Assembly (NCBI GenBank): GCA_007120165.1
Contig: SKOH01000087.1
Span: 1,167 to 65,166 of the forward strand
Length of the DNA stretch: 64,000 bases
Source: Clostridiales bacterium
GTDB taxonomy: Bacteria > Bacillota > Clostridia > Peptostreptococcales > T1SED10-28
Reading direction: 5' to 3'
Shown: piece after piece, positions 1 to 10,719 of the stretch
Layout: each line of letters begins with the position of its first letter
How positions within the stretch are numbered: the stretch's first letter is position 1
Position numbers and translations under genes: made by a program
Notes under the pieces: generated by a model
What the model saw: only the letters and a program-made list of their open reading frames with translations
Databases searched by the model: none
Told to the model about the DNA's origin: nothing

Positions 1-449
1 TGGGTACCGGTTTTGAAAAAACCCATAATCGGTGTGCCCTTCTCCATGCCGATGGGGAACTGGGCTTTGTTTCGGTAGTGAAAGGGTTCTTCCATCCCGA
101 TAGTCTCATGCACCGGCGCATCAATTTTCCCGATACGCTTCAGGGTTTCCTCCACCCGTTCGGTTTTAATATTCAGTTGCGCTGAGTAGTCCAGGCTCAT
201 GATCTGACACCCGCCGCAGACTTCTGCAAGAGGACATCGGGGAATTACCCGTTTATCGGAAGGCTTTTGTATTTCCAGCAATTTGGCGAAACCGTAGTTC
301 TTTTTTAGTTTGGTAATCTCCACTTTCAGCTCATCACCGGGAAGACCCCCTTGAATAAATAAAGGAATTCCTTTTACTTTCCCGATCCCTTCCCCTTTAT
401 GTCCGATATCCTCTATGGTTACGGTATATATTCCGTTTTTCTTTAACAT
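1..449 (-). CDS. rlmD: 23S rRNA (uracil-C5)-methyltransferase RlmD/RumA, 5' part; runs off the window edge
   Basis: Not in the ORF track. Manual translation from the ATG at 449 gives MLKKNGIYTVTIEDIGHKGEGIGKVKGIPLFIQGGLPGDELKVEITKLKKNYGFAKLL...RCPLAEVCGGCQIM, i.e. a TRAM domain plus the Fe-S Cys motif. GGAG RBS upstream. Confidence 0.9.
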   Translation of the reverse strand, partial: MLKKNGIYTVTIEDIGHKGEGIGKVKGIPLFIQGGLPGDELKVEITKLKKNYGFAKLLEIQKPSDKRVIPRCPLAEVCGGCQIMSLDYSAQLNIKTERVEETLKRIGKIDAPVHETIGMEEPFHYRNKAQFPIGMEKGTPIMGFFKTGT

Positions 450-610
450 ATTTTTTCACGACTCCTTAATTCATCCTGATATTCTTAAGATACCTCTATC
501 TTACAACAAAAAACTGATAAAATCATCGGTAAATTAAATTATACGGTTTATTATTTTTTCAAACTATTCTATAATGGTATTAGTGACTAATAAAGGTGGT
601 GGATAAATTC

Positions 611-2020
611 ATGCTTAAAGGAATCGCCAAACTCCTGCTTTTACTGATTTTAGTACTAATGGCTACAGGATTTCCAATATATTTCGACCGTATCGATTCA
701 GAATCCTTTTGGGAACGGGCTTCCAGCCGAATTGACGTGGAGGAGGTTCCGGAAACTATCGGATCCGTCAATTTAAATTATGATTTAGAACAGCCCTCCG
801 GGGATACCTACCTTCTTCAGATGAGAATTGACAATCATGGAGAACCGATGATTTTTGAAGAGGATTTAGTCGAGTTTACCATTCTTCACCAGAATCAGCC
901 CGTAAATGTATTAACCCTTAATGATTTCAACATAGATATTCCCTTCGGTCAAAACATCGGAACCGACGAAGCTATTGACTTTACCGTTGAACTGGATCGT
1001 AAGTCCCTGGGTTATCCCTATGAATTCTTTACAATGGAACTTAAACTTCGGGATGACGTCATTTCTCTGGAAGATGCTGAATCAGAGATTTCCTTATTCT
1101 TTGAAGAAGGCTTTACGTACTTACCGGCAATGTTCACTGCCGGCGGCGGTCAAACCGCTTTGACCCTTTATTTTCCCACCAGTATGGAGAACTACTCTGT
1201 ACCGATTACTCGGATCATACCGTACACCGATATGCAAATCCGGGCTACAGTGGATGGCCTCTTTGAAGGCCCTGATGAGGCTTTGGGTCTTACTATACCG
1301 GAAGAAGGCATTATGCCTCCTTGGCAAAATCTCGCTTTTGATGGTGGTCTTGCCACCATTAATTTGAGTGATGATCTGGAGGTTTTCGACGAGGATCCCC
1401 GGTTGGGCCAACAAGCTTACCAGGCCTATGCCTACTCGATAAATGCCACAAGCTTTACCAACCGGGTGCAGTTCACCTTCAATCATGGTACACGGGAGGA
1501 AGCATTCGGAGGCATCTCCGTGGAAAATCCCATTACATTGCCGGAAGGGCCGGCTCTGTATTTCGGGTATGAGACCGAGACCGAACGGCTTTTATTAGTT
1601 CCCGGTTACACGGAGGAGGATTCGGCATTTAATGAAAGTCGAAATTATTATAATGAAGAATACGAGCTGGAAGATCCGGAAGGCTTTTATCAATTGCTGC
1701 GCTTTGACGGTAATCCCGATTTTTATAATGCCCAGCGGCTACCCCTTATAAGCAGTTCAGTTGTACTGAATAATGTTGTTCTGGAAGACAATTTCATTGA
1801 GTTTACCTTTGCTGATAACTTTATGGAAGAGCTCTCCCTAGAGGCTCAGCATGCAATGCTCGATGGACTGCTGTTAAGCTATACCAGCTTTTCTAATATC
1901 GACGCTGTTGTGTTTACTATTACCGGTTATGATGAAGAAACCCTCTACCATTATCCTATAGGTACCCCGGTGGAGGCTCCTGCTCATATCAATCCGGAAG
2001 TTCCAAACAGCGATTCGTAA
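611..2020 (+). CDS. Secreted/membrane-anchored GerMN-domain protein, probably with two GerMN repeats
   Basis: N-terminal hydrophobic segment. Two repeats of the pattern 'LYF...L(V/I)P(I/V)T...' followed by 'AYSINATSFTNRVQFTFN' and 'LLLSYTSFSNIDAVVFTITG'. The ATG at 611 follows AAAGGTGG; the track starts at GTG 596. Confidence 0.65.
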   Translation: MLKGIAKLLLLLILVLMATGFPIYFDRIDSESFWERASSRIDVEEVPETIGSVNLNYDLEQPSGDTYLLQMRIDNHGEPMIFEEDLVEFTILHQNQPVNVLTLNDFNIDIPFGQNIGTDEAIDFTVELDRKSLGYPYEFFTMELKLRDDVISLEDAESEISLFFEEGFTYLPAMFTAGGGQTALTLYFPTSMENYSVPITRIIPYTDMQIRATVDGLFEGPDEALGLTIPEEGIMPPWQNLAFDGGLATINLSDDLEVFDEDPRLGQQAYQAYAYSINATSFTNRVQFTFNHGTREEAFGGISVENPITLPEGPALYFGYETETERLLLVPGYTEEDSAFNESRNYYNEEYELEDPEGFYQLLRFDGNPDFYNAQRLPLISSSVVLNNVVLEDNFIEFTFADNFMEELSLEAQHAMLDGLLLSYTSFSNIDAVVFTITGYDEETLYHYPIGTPVEAPAHINPEVPNSDS

Positions 2021-2062
2021 ATTTGACCTTAAAATTCTTACAGCTAATTATTTTTCATAAGC

Positions 2063-2094
2063 AGAAGGCTGATCTTATATAAGATCAGCCTTCT
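2063..2094. terminator. Bidirectional terminator between convergent genes
   Basis: Perfect 32-bp palindrome AGAAGGCTGATCTTAT|ATAAGATCAGCCTTCT. Confidence 0.8.
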
Positions 2095-2103
2095 TTCATA
2101 TTG

Positions 2104-3117
2104 CTACCCCTTGTCCATAATTTCCTTCACTTCGTTGAGCATTTCCCTGATCGGCAGATCGTAGGGACACTTCGGCTCACACAGTCCGCACTGTTCACAA
2201 TCGGAGGCTTTCTTATCCAAGGCGTCGTACCGGGATTTCGCCCATTCCTTTAAATTGTACCTGGAGTAATACCCTTCCATTAAAAACTGTGCCGGAATGT
2301 CAATGCCTACCCCGCAGGGACCGCAGTACCCGCATCGTCGGCAGAATCGATTCCCCAGTTTTCGTTGAATTTCTTCAATCTTTTCCAACTCCCTTTTGGT
2401 TAAGGTATAGTCTTTTGCAGGAACCAAAGCATTTTCCTGTACCTGTTCAATGGAATCCATTCCCGGTATAATCACGGAGATATTGGGATTGTTTAAAATG
2501 TATTTGATGGCCAGGGTTCCATCCTCTAAGGCTCCTCCTGCCAGGGGCTTCATTACAATTACCCCGATGCCTTCTTTTTTCGCTTTTTCAAATACTTTTT
2601 CCCCTTGACTCTCCACAATATTATAGGGAAACTGAATACTGGCAAATTTTTTGCTGTCAACCGCCCTTTCCGCCATGGCCACATCATGGCCGGTAAATCC
2701 GATCGCCCTGATTTTCCCTGCTTCTTTGGCTTCCAAAAGAGCCTGATAAGCGCCGTTCTCTCCCATTATTTCTTCGTATTCCGCGTCTTTACGTACATTA
2801 TGAAGCTGATATAGATCAATGTATTCTGTTTGGAGGTTTTTCAAACTGATTTCAATATCATTTTTCATGCCCTGATAATCCCGGACCATGGACTTGGTGG
2901 CCAGAACCCATTGATCCCGATTGCCTTTAACGGCTTTTCCAATGACTTCTTCGCTTTTTCCATAGCCCCGGGCGGTATCAATAAAATTGATCCCGGACTG
3001 CAGACAGGCCTTTACTACTTCGATTCCCTCTTCATCGGTGATCCGCTGAATCGGGATGCCTCCAAATCCGATGACGGACCCTCCAAATTCCCATTTTCCT
3101 AACCTTCGTTTTTCCAT
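2104..3117 (-). CDS. Aldo/keto reductase with C-terminal 4Fe-4S dicluster domain
   Basis: GFGGIPI, GINFIDTARGYG, YIDLYQLH, GIGVIVMKPLAGG. C-terminal CRRCGYCGPC and CEQCGLCEPKCP. Confidence 0.88.
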   Translation of the reverse strand: MEKRRLGKWEFGGSVIGFGGIPIQRITDEEGIEVVKACLQSGINFIDTARGYGKSEEVIGKAVKGNRDQWVLATKSMVRDYQGMKNDIEISLKNLQTEYIDLYQLHNVRKDAEYEEIMGENGAYQALLEAKEAGKIRAIGFTGHDVAMAERAVDSKKFASIQFPYNIVESQGEKVFEKAKKEGIGVIVMKPLAGGALEDGTLAIKYILNNPNISVIIPGMDSIEQVQENALVPAKDYTLTKRELEKIEEIQRKLGNRFCRRCGYCGPCGVGIDIPAQFLMEGYYSRYNLKEWAKSRYDALDKKASDCEQCGLCEPKCPYDLPIREMLNEVKEIMDKG

Positions 3118-3200
3118 ATGCACACTCCTATAACTGTGGTTGATTATACTTCTTTAGGGTTTGATTTTCTTTCTGCCGGGGATTGTTAAGACAATCATGT

Positions 3201-3713
3201 TTATTTTTCCTCGTCACTTTTTACTTCCTCGTAATCCACATCCTTCACGTTTTCAAAACCGTCTCTGTCCTCCTGGAAAGGCGACTCCTTGGAAGAGGAT
3301 TTTCTTCCAAAACCCTCCCGATCTTTGTAATAAATATTTACCGCACCTTCCTTGATCATGGATTTGATTTTTCGCTTAATGGTTTTGATCAGGAAAATCC
3401 GCGTAAAGGGGATGACCAGCACAAAACCGAAAACATCGGTAAAGATCCCCGGTGTTAAAAGCAGGGCGCCTCCGATCAATACACAAAGACCATTGATCAG
3501 CTCATCGGCGGGCATTTTGCCGCCGGCCATATCCTTCTTTATATTTCGAATGATATGACTGCCTTCGCTCTTCGCAAGAAAAGCCCCCACCACCCCGGTA
3601 ATAAATACCAGCAGGATGGTGTTTAACGCCCCGATCTGGTTTCCGATTTGTATTAGAATATAAAGCTCGATAATGGGTACCACTGTAAACAGCAGAATTA
3701 GTTTTCCAAGCAT
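3201..3713 (-). CDS. fxsA: FxsA family membrane protein
   Basis: LFTVVPIIELYILIQIG...LLLTPGIFTDVFG signature. Confidence 0.88.
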   Translation of the reverse strand: MLGKLILLFTVVPIIELYILIQIGNQIGALNTILLVFITGVVGAFLAKSEGSHIIRNIKKDMAGGKMPADELINGLCVLIGGALLLTPGIFTDVFGFVLVIPFTRIFLIKTIKRKIKSMIKEGAVNIYYKDREGFGRKSSSKESPFQEDRDGFENVKDVDYEEVKSDEEK

Positions 3714-4144
3714 TATTTCACCTCTTGGGTCTGATATATTTTTTCCAGCAACTGGTAAACCTCCGGATAATTTTTCTTCAGATTAACCGGACGTTTTTTA
3801 TTTTTATCCAAAAATACATGTTCCGTAAAGCCCGTGGATAAAAGTTCTTCCTTATCCCTTAAAATCCGGTAATGAAACGTGATTCTGCTGCCCCGGAATT
3901 TTTCGATCCAAACTTCAACGGTTAAATCGTCGTCGTAGAGGGCGGAGCTGATATATTTGCAGTTCACTTCAATGACCGGAAGGAAGATGCCGAGCTTTTC
4001 CATCTCCCGATAGCTCATCCCCAGTTCTTTTAGAAAAGTGGTCCGTGCCACTTCAAACCAGGGAAAGTAATTGGAATGATAAATAACTCCCATTTGATCA
4101 GTTTCGCTGTAGCGTGGTCGGATACGGGTTGTATGAACCTTCAT
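3713..4144 (-). CDS. Acyl-CoA thioesterase (YbgC/4HBT hotdog family)
   Basis: RYSETDQMGVIYHSNYFPWFEVART motif. Confidence 0.88.
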   Translation of the reverse strand: MKVHTTRIRPRYSETDQMGVIYHSNYFPWFEVARTTFLKELGMSYREMEKLGIFLPVIEVNCKYISSALYDDDLTVEVWIEKFRGSRITFHYRILRDKEELLSTGFTEHVFLDKNKKRPVNLKKNYPEVYQLLEKIYQTQEVK

Positions 4145-4165
4145 GATCTTCCTCCTTGGTTGTAT

Positions 4166-5920
4166 TTAAAGCACTTTGCTTTTGCCGCTGTAAATCAAAC
4201 CGGTTTTGCCGTCCACGGTTATAATGTCTCCGTTTTCTAATTTGGTGGTAGCGTTATCCACTTCCACCACGGTGGTTTTATGCAGATTAAGACCTACGAT
4301 TGCTGCGTGGCTGGTAAGTCCCCCTTCTTCCACCACCACGGCACCGGCCCGTTCCATGGCTTCAATGTAGTCCCGGTTGGTTGCATAGGAAACGAGGATA
4401 TCCCCTTTTTCGACCTTCTCTAAATCCTCATTGCTGTTGACAACAATTGCCCGGCCTGTAATCGACTGTTTTCCGATTCCTTTACCGGAAAGTAAAATCT
4501 CACTGGCCACGTGCACCTTTATTAAGTTCGTCGTCCCGGAGACGCCGACGGGAACCCCGGCAGTAATGACCACCAGATCTCCTGCCTGAATATGATTTTT
4601 TCTCAATGCTTCCATCACGGAAAGGTTGATAATGTCATCGGTGCCTTCCAGCTCGTCCATTAACATACTGTAGACTCCCCAGCTGAGGCTTAACTGTCTT
4701 CGGACATGTTCCTTCGTGGTGGCTGCAATGATGCTTGAGCTCGGTCTGAATTTCGATACCATTCTGGCTGTATGGCCGCTGGATGTGGCGGTAATAATGG
4801 CGGCAGCTTCCAGATCCATGGCGGTGGTGCAGGTTGCGTAGCTGATGGCATCGGTTACGGAAGGAGCGTCCTCGGAGCCTCTTTCTTTCAGTTTTTTCCC
4901 ATAATCAATAGACTCTTCCGTCCGAACAGCTATCGTGGCCATGGTCTTCACTGCTTCCTCCGGATATTTCCCCGCTGCAGTCTCGCCGGATAACATAATG
5001 GCATCACTGCCGTCGAGGATTGCATTGGAAACGTCGGTTACCTCCGCCCGGGTGGGTCTGGGATTTCGGATCATCGAGTCCAGCATCTGTGTGGCAGTGA
5101 TTACCGGTTTACCTACGGCGTTGCATCTTGCGATCATATCCTTTTGGATTAACGCAATGTCTTCCGTCGGAACCTCCACACCCAGATCCCCTCGGGCGAC
5201 CATGATCCCATCGGAAACTTCGATAATGGCATCTAAATTGTCTACCCCTTCCTGGTTTTCGATTTTTGGAATGATTTGTATGGACTCTCCCCCGTTTTCT
5301 TCCAGGATGGCTTTGATTTCCAATACATCCTCCGCCTTTCGTACGAAGGAAGCGGCAATGAAGTCCACACCCATTCTGATACCGAATTTGATATCATCAA
5401 TATCTTTCTCGGTAAGGGGGGGTAAATTCGTTTTTACGCCGGGAAGGTTCACACCCTTATGGTCTTTGATCTCTCCGTTATTCTCCACGGTACACTGGAT
5501 ATCGGTTTCATTTAAAAAGCCTTCCACTTTTAACGAAACCAAACCGTCGTCGATCAGAATTTTATCGCCGATTTCCAGGTCATCTATAATACCTTTATAG
5601 GTAACCGAAGCCATGCTCTGATCTCCCAGGACGTCCCGGGTGGTAATGATGTAAGAGTCTCCCTCTTGAAGTTCTACCTTATCTACTTTAAATTTTCCCG
5701 TTCGGATTTCCGGACCCTTGGTATCCAGCATAATGGCAAGGGGAACTTCCAGATCCTCCCGAACTCTTTTGATTACTTCGATTCTTTGCTGGTGCTCCTG
5801 CTGATTCCCGTGGGAAAAGTTGAGTCTCGCCACATTCATTCCCTTCTGCACCAAATTCTTTAAAATGTCATAGGTTTCACTGGCGGGTCCTATGGTACAT
5901 ACTACTTTTGTTTTCTTCAT
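4166..5920 (-). CDS. pyk: Pyruvate kinase with C-terminal PEP-utiliser swivel domain
   Basis: KTKVVCTIGPAS, ARLNFSHG, DGIMVARGDLGVE; C-terminal GGLTSHAAIVG. Confidence 0.97.
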   Translation of the reverse strand: MKKTKVVCTIGPASETYDILKNLVQKGMNVARLNFSHGNQQEHQQRIEVIKRVREDLEVPLAIMLDTKGPEIRTGKFKVDKVELQEGDSYIITTRDVLGDQSMASVTYKGIIDDLEIGDKILIDDGLVSLKVEGFLNETDIQCTVENNGEIKDHKGVNLPGVKTNLPPLTEKDIDDIKFGIRMGVDFIAASFVRKAEDVLEIKAILEENGGESIQIIPKIENQEGVDNLDAIIEVSDGIMVARGDLGVEVPTEDIALIQKDMIARCNAVGKPVITATQMLDSMIRNPRPTRAEVTDVSNAILDGSDAIMLSGETAAGKYPEEAVKTMATIAVRTEESIDYGKKLKERGSEDAPSVTDAISYATCTTAMDLEAAAIITATSSGHTARMVSKFRPSSSIIAATTKEHVRRQLSLSWGVYSMLMDELEGTDDIINLSVMEALRKNHIQAGDLVVITAGVPVGVSGTTNLIKVHVASEILLSGKGIGKQSITGRAIVVNSNEDLEKVEKGDILVSYATNRDYIEAMERAGAVVVEEGGLTSHAAIVGLNLHKTTVVEVDNATTKLENGDIITVDGKTGLIYSGKSKVL

Positions 5921-6037
5921 TATTGCACCTCCGTTTTGTTAAACCGCTTTCTAACTTCCTGCCGTCTTTGCTTGGTATCTCTTCCGGTTTCATTAATTTT
6001 AAACCGGGAAACGAGTTCTTATTATACCGGACAAGGC

Positions 6038-6997
6038 TTATTTTGATAAAATATCCGCTAACTGATAGGTTTCTTTTTCAATGGTGTTTTCCACGGCCAA
6101 GGCCTCTCCAATGGTCATTGCAATAATTTTCGGGCCTATCATTCCAACCGCCATGCTTTTTTTTCCTTCAACCAGGAGTTCCACAGCCTTCGCTCCCATT
6201 TGACTGGCCATCATTCGGTCCCTTGCACTGGGTGTGCCTCCCCGTTGGATATGACCGAGAATTGTTGCCCGGGTCTCAATACCGGTTTTTTCCTGAATCT
6301 GTTTTCCAATGTCGATGGCGCTTCCCGCACCTTCCGCAAGGACGATCAGGCTATGGAGCTTTCCCCGATTTCTTCCTTGAAGGAGTTTACTGCATACCCG
6401 GTCGATATCAAAGGGGACCTCCGGGACAATGATGCTTTCCGCCCCTCCGGCAAGTCCCGCATGGAGGGCTAAATCTCCACAATCCCTGCCCATAACTTCT
6501 ATAATGTTGGCCCGGCCATGGGAGGTGGAGGTATCCCGGATTTTGCTAATGGCGTCCAGGGCGGTATTTACTGCCGTATCAAAGCCAATGGTGTATTCGG
6601 TGTAGTCCAGATCGTTATCGATGGTACCGGGAATTCCCACGGTGGGTACCCCGTTATCCGCAAGGACCTGGGCGCCTCGAAAAGAGCCGTCCCCTCCAAT
6701 GACCACCAGGCCGTCGATATTGAAAATATTAATGACGTTTAAGGCTTTACGAAGACCTTCCGGGGTCATAAACCGTTCGCTTCTGGCACTTCTCAGTTTT
6801 GTGCCTCCCCGGTGAATAATATCCGCAACAGAGGAAAGATTCATCTCCTCAATTTCTGCATTCAACAGCCCTTCATAACCCTGCTGGATGCCGAGAACCT
6901 TTAACTCTTTATGAATTCCGTAACGTACAACGGCACGAATTGCTGCATTCATGCCTGGAGAATCCCCTCCACTGGTGAGTACCGCAATTGTCTGCAT
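6038..6997 (-). CDS. pfkA: ATP-dependent 6-phosphofructokinase
   Basis: [35 protein letters not shown]. Start placed at the ATG 6997 behind a GGAG RBS. Confidence 0.97.
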   Translation of the reverse strand: MQTIAVLTSGGDSPGMNAAIRAVVRYGIHKELKVLGIQQGYEGLLNAEIEEMNLSSVADIIHRGGTKLRSARSERFMTPEGLRKALNVINIFNIDGLVVIGGDGSFRGAQVLADNGVPTVGIPGTIDNDLDYTEYTIGFDTAVNTALDAISKIRDTSTSHGRANIIEVMGRDCGDLALHAGLAGGAESIIVPEVPFDIDRVCSKLLQGRNRGKLHSLIVLAEGAGSAIDIGKQIQEKTGIETRATILGHIQRGGTPSARDRMMASQMGAKAVELLVEGKKSMAVGMIGPKIIAMTIGEALAVENTIEKETYQLADILSK

Positions 6998-7079
6998 TTT
7001 TATCACTCCATTTCCATTCGATGATTATGTTCCCTATGACATCGCTTTCCCCGGGAACCCGTAATGATAAGGAAAATCC

Positions 7080-10000
7080 TTATTCATACAGGGTAACCGC
7101 CTCTTCCCCCAGCTCCTTTTTAAGCAGGGAAAGGGCTTTACCGTTATGGGGAATCCAAAGGGATCGGGGGGCTTTAAGTTTTTCCTCGGTATCCTTTATT
7201 CTTAAATACACCGGGGTGTCTCCGTTTTCCTTCCCCAGTATCATTTTTACCCTATCAAAGGTTTCTTTATCATTTTTATGTTCCAGGGTAATACAGATTT
7301 TCCTTTTCTTTAAGGTTTCCACGGACTTGATTTTGTTGATCAGAATTTTCGGCTCCTCATCTTCTTTTAAATCCAGGGTTCCTTTGACGAGCAGAATCTG
7401 GTCTTCTTCGATTAACGGCTGGTAGCGTTCATAAACATTGGGAAAAATTACGCATTCCAAGTCCCCGTACAGATCCTCCAGGCGAATAAAGGCCATCAAA
7501 TTGTTGTTTCGGGTCATTTTCGTGGATTTTTCCGCCACCAGACCTCCCACAATCACCGGCTGTTTATCTCGAAATATCGGGGTGTTTTCCGCCGATTTAA
7601 CCCCTTCTTTCAGTTCAGCGCTGTTGGTACTGATAAAGTCTTTTAAGATATTTTCATACTCTGCCAGGGGGTGTCCGGTAATATACATGCCTACGGTTTC
7701 CTTTTCCATGGCCAGCTTCTTTTTCTCATTAAATTCTTTTAAATCCGGCAGCCGCTGGCTGGGCATGGCAAGATTTTCACTGGCTCCCAAATCGAACAGT
7801 CCAATCTGACCGTCCACATTTTTTTTCTTTGCTTTGGATACACTGTCCAGCACGGTCTCATGAATGGACATCAGCTGAGCCCGGTTGGCATCAAAACCGT
7901 CGAAGGCTCCGCTTTTGATCAGACTCTCAATGGCCCGTTTATTCAAATCCTTTGAGGGAACTTTCTGGCAAAAATCATTAAAATCCTTATATTCCCCTTT
8001 TTCCTTTCGAATGTTCACGATGGAGTCAATCATCGATACCCCGACATTCTTCACCGCAGCCATGCCGAATCGGATTTTTCCCTTTTCCACCGTAAATTTC
8101 GAATAACTTTTATTGATGTCCGGGGGCAGGATTTCAATGTCCATCTTTTTCGCATCGTGAATGTACTGGGCGACTTTCGAAGTATCTCCCATGATGCTGG
8201 TCATCAGGGCCGCCATAAACTCTACAGGGTAATAATACTTTAAATAGGCGGTTTGATAGGCCAGTACCGCATAGGCCGCCGCATGGGATTTATTAAAGGC
8301 GTATTTGGCAAAATCTATCATCTCGTCATAGATCTTGTTTGCCGCTTCTTTGGGAATGCCGTTTCTGATACAGCCCTGTATTTCCACTTCTCCCTGTTCA
8401 TTTTCTTTTCCGTGGATAAAATACTCCCGTTCCTTTTCCATTACATCCATTTTCTTTTTTCCCATGGCCCGACGAACGATATCGCTGCGACCGAAACTGT
8501 AGCCTGCCAGTTCTCTTACCACCTGCATTACCTGTTCCTGGTAGACCATGCAGCCGTAGGTCACATCAAGAATCGGTTTTAATGATTCATGGGTGTATTC
8601 CACTTTCAACGGATCCTTTTTCGAAGCAATGTAGCGGGGAATGGATTCCATCGGACCGGGCCTGAAAAGAGAAATTCCCGCCACTACGTCCTCAAAGGAA
8701 TCCGGTTTTAATTCTTTCATAAAAGAGATCATACCGGTGCTCTCCAGCTGGAAAACCCCCAGGGTATCCCCTTTACTGATCAGCTGATAGACGTTGGCGT
8801 CCTCATAATCGCCATTGGAAAAGTCCACCTTCACTCCATGGATCGCCGCTACATTATCCATGGCATTTCGAATAACCGTAAGGGTTCGAAGACCGAGAAA
8901 GTCCATTTTCAACAGTCCCAACTCTTCTAAGGTCCCCATCGTAAACTGAGTGGAGACACTGTCATTGTGCATATACAGCGGGACGTACTGGTCCACGGCT
9001 TTTTTTGCAATAACAACCCCGGCGGCGTGGGTTGAGGCGTGGCGGGGAAGGCCCTCCACCCGTCTTGCCATTTGAATCAGATAATCCGCCTGATCATCCT
9101 CTTTCATAATTTCCTTCAGCTTCGGGTTGATTTTCAGGGCCTGATCAATGGTCATCCCGATGGCAAAGGGTATTTCCTTTGCGATCCGGTCCACCTGAAT
9201 ATAAGGCATATCAATTACCCTTCCCACATCCCGAATCGCAGCCCTTGCCGCCATGGTTCCGAAGGTGATAATCTGAGCCACTTTTTCCGAACCGTATTTT
9301 TCTTTAACATAATCAATGACTTCTTCCCGGCGTTCATAACAAAAGTCGATATCAATATCCGGCATGGAGATCCGTTCCGGATTTAAGAACCGCTCAAAAA
9401 TCAGTTTATATTTTATCGGATCGATATCGGTAATTTCCAGGGTATAGGCTACAATGCTTCCGGCGGCACTGCCCCTTCCCGGACCCACCGCAATATTCTG
9501 ATCCTTGGCATAGCGGATAAAGTCCCAGACAATTAAAAAATACTCCACATAGCCCATGCTTTTTATGGTGCCGAGCTCATACTGCAGGCGGTCCTCCATC
9601 TCTTTTGTGGGTTCTTTGTAACGCATATAGAGCCCGTCGGTACATAATTTTTCTAAATACTCATATACGGTGTAGCCCTCGGGCACTTGATAATCCGGAA
9701 GGTGCATGGCATTAAAGTCAAAATCCACATTGCAGCGATCCGCAATTTTCACCGTGTTTTCCAAGGCTTCCGGTACATGGGAAAACAGCGCTTCCATCTC
9801 CTCCGGGGATTTTAAATAAAACTCACTGTTGGGAAATTTCATCCGCTGGGTATCCTGGATAATTTTTCCCGTTTGGATACAAAGAAGTATGTCGTGGGGC
9901 TCATGGTCCTCCCGGTCAATATAATGCAGATCATTCGTTGCAACCAGCGGAATCCCCAGTTTCTTACTCATTTGGATAAACTCATGATTTACAATCTTTT

Positions 10001-10553
10001 GTTCCTTTAACTGATGATCCTGCAGTTCCAGATAAAAATGCTCCGGCCCGAAGATTTCCTTAAGCTTCAGCGCCAGTTTTTCCGCATTCTGATGTTCCCC
10101 GTTCAGGATCAGCTGCTGAATATCTCCCCCTAAACAGGCGCTAAGGCAAATCAGACCCTCTTTATATTTTGCCAGGGTCGAATAATCAATCCTGGGCTTA
10201 TAATAAAAACCGTCCAAAAATCCCATGGATACCAGCTTAATCAAATTCTGATAGCCGGTTTCATTTTCCGCCAGCAACACCAGATGACCCTGATGTTTAT
10301 CCTTCACCGGATCCTTTTCCTGCATTTTTCTGCGGGCGGTATATACTTCGCAGCCGATAATCGGCTTGATTCCTTTTTTCTTCGCTTTTTTATAAAACTC
10401 CACTACGCCGAACATGGATCCATGATCGGTAATGGCGATGCTGTCCATTCCTTTGGCCTTGACCTGGTCCATTAGCCGGTCGATGGTGGTAAAACCATCA
10501 AGCAGGCTGTATTCCGTATGAACATGCAGGTGGGTAAATTTCTGCTCAGTCAT
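7080..10553 (-). CDS. dnaE: DNA polymerase III alpha subunit (DnaE)
   Basis: PHP domain HLHVHTEYSLLDG, GRGSAAGS, MPDIDIDF, LLKMDFLGL, FNKSHAAAY, OB fold. Confidence 0.97.
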   Translation of the reverse strand: MTEQKFTHLHVHTEYSLLDGFTTIDRLMDQVKAKGMDSIAITDHGSMFGVVEFYKKAKKKGIKPIIGCEVYTARRKMQEKDPVKDKHQGHLVLLAENETGYQNLIKLVSMGFLDGFYYKPRIDYSTLAKYKEGLICLSACLGGDIQQLILNGEHQNAEKLALKLKEIFGPEHFYLELQDHQLKEQKIVNHEFIQMSKKLGIPLVATNDLHYIDREDHEPHDILLCIQTGKIIQDTQRMKFPNSEFYLKSPEEMEALFSHVPEALENTVKIADRCNVDFDFNAMHLPDYQVPEGYTVYEYLEKLCTDGLYMRYKEPTKEMEDRLQYELGTIKSMGYVEYFLIVWDFIRYAKDQNIAVGPGRGSAAGSIVAYTLEITDIDPIKYKLIFERFLNPERISMPDIDIDFCYERREEVIDYVKEKYGSEKVAQIITFGTMAARAAIRDVGRVIDMPYIQVDRIAKEIPFAIGMTIDQALKINPKLKEIMKEDDQADYLIQMARRVEGLPRHASTHAAGVVIAKKAVDQYVPLYMHNDSVSTQFTMGTLEELGLLKMDFLGLRTLTVIRNAMDNVAAIHGVKVDFSNGDYEDANVYQLISKGDTLGVFQLESTGMISFMKELKPDSFEDVVAGISLFRPGPMESIPRYIASKKDPLKVEYTHESLKPILDVTYGCMVYQEQVMQVVRELAGYSFGRSDIVRRAMGKKKMDVMEKEREYFIHGKENEQGEVEIQGCIRNGIPKEAANKIYDEMIDFAKYAFNKSHAAAYAVLAYQTAYLKYYYPVEFMAALMTSIMGDTSKVAQYIHDAKKMDIEILPPDINKSYSKFTVEKGKIRFGMAAVKNVGVSMIDSIVNIRKEKGEYKDFNDFCQKVPSKDLNKRAIESLIKSGAFDGFDANRAQLMSIHETVLDSVSKAKKKNVDGQIGLFDLGASENLAMPSQRLPDLKEFNEKKKLAMEKETVGMYITGHPLAEYENILKDFISTNSAELKEGVKSAENTPIFRDKQPVIVGGLVAEKSTKMTRNNNLMAFIRLEDLYGDLECVIFPNVYERYQPLIEEDQILLVKGTLDLKEDEEPKILINKIKSVETLKKRKICITLEHKNDKETFDRVKMILGKENGDTPVYLRIKDTEEKLKAPRSLWIPHNGKALSLLKKELGEEAVTLYE

Positions 10554-10719
10554 TTTTTACACCTCAACTTCTAATTGTTCTTAAAAAATATTATATCATA
10601 AATACCCGCTGCTTTTTATCCTCTCCCCCATTTTCACCATGGAAAAAGCCCTAAGACCGTAAGTCCCAGAGCTTTAAATTTTCTTGGTTTGCCCCTATAC
10701 CCTATAGTAAACTCAATTG

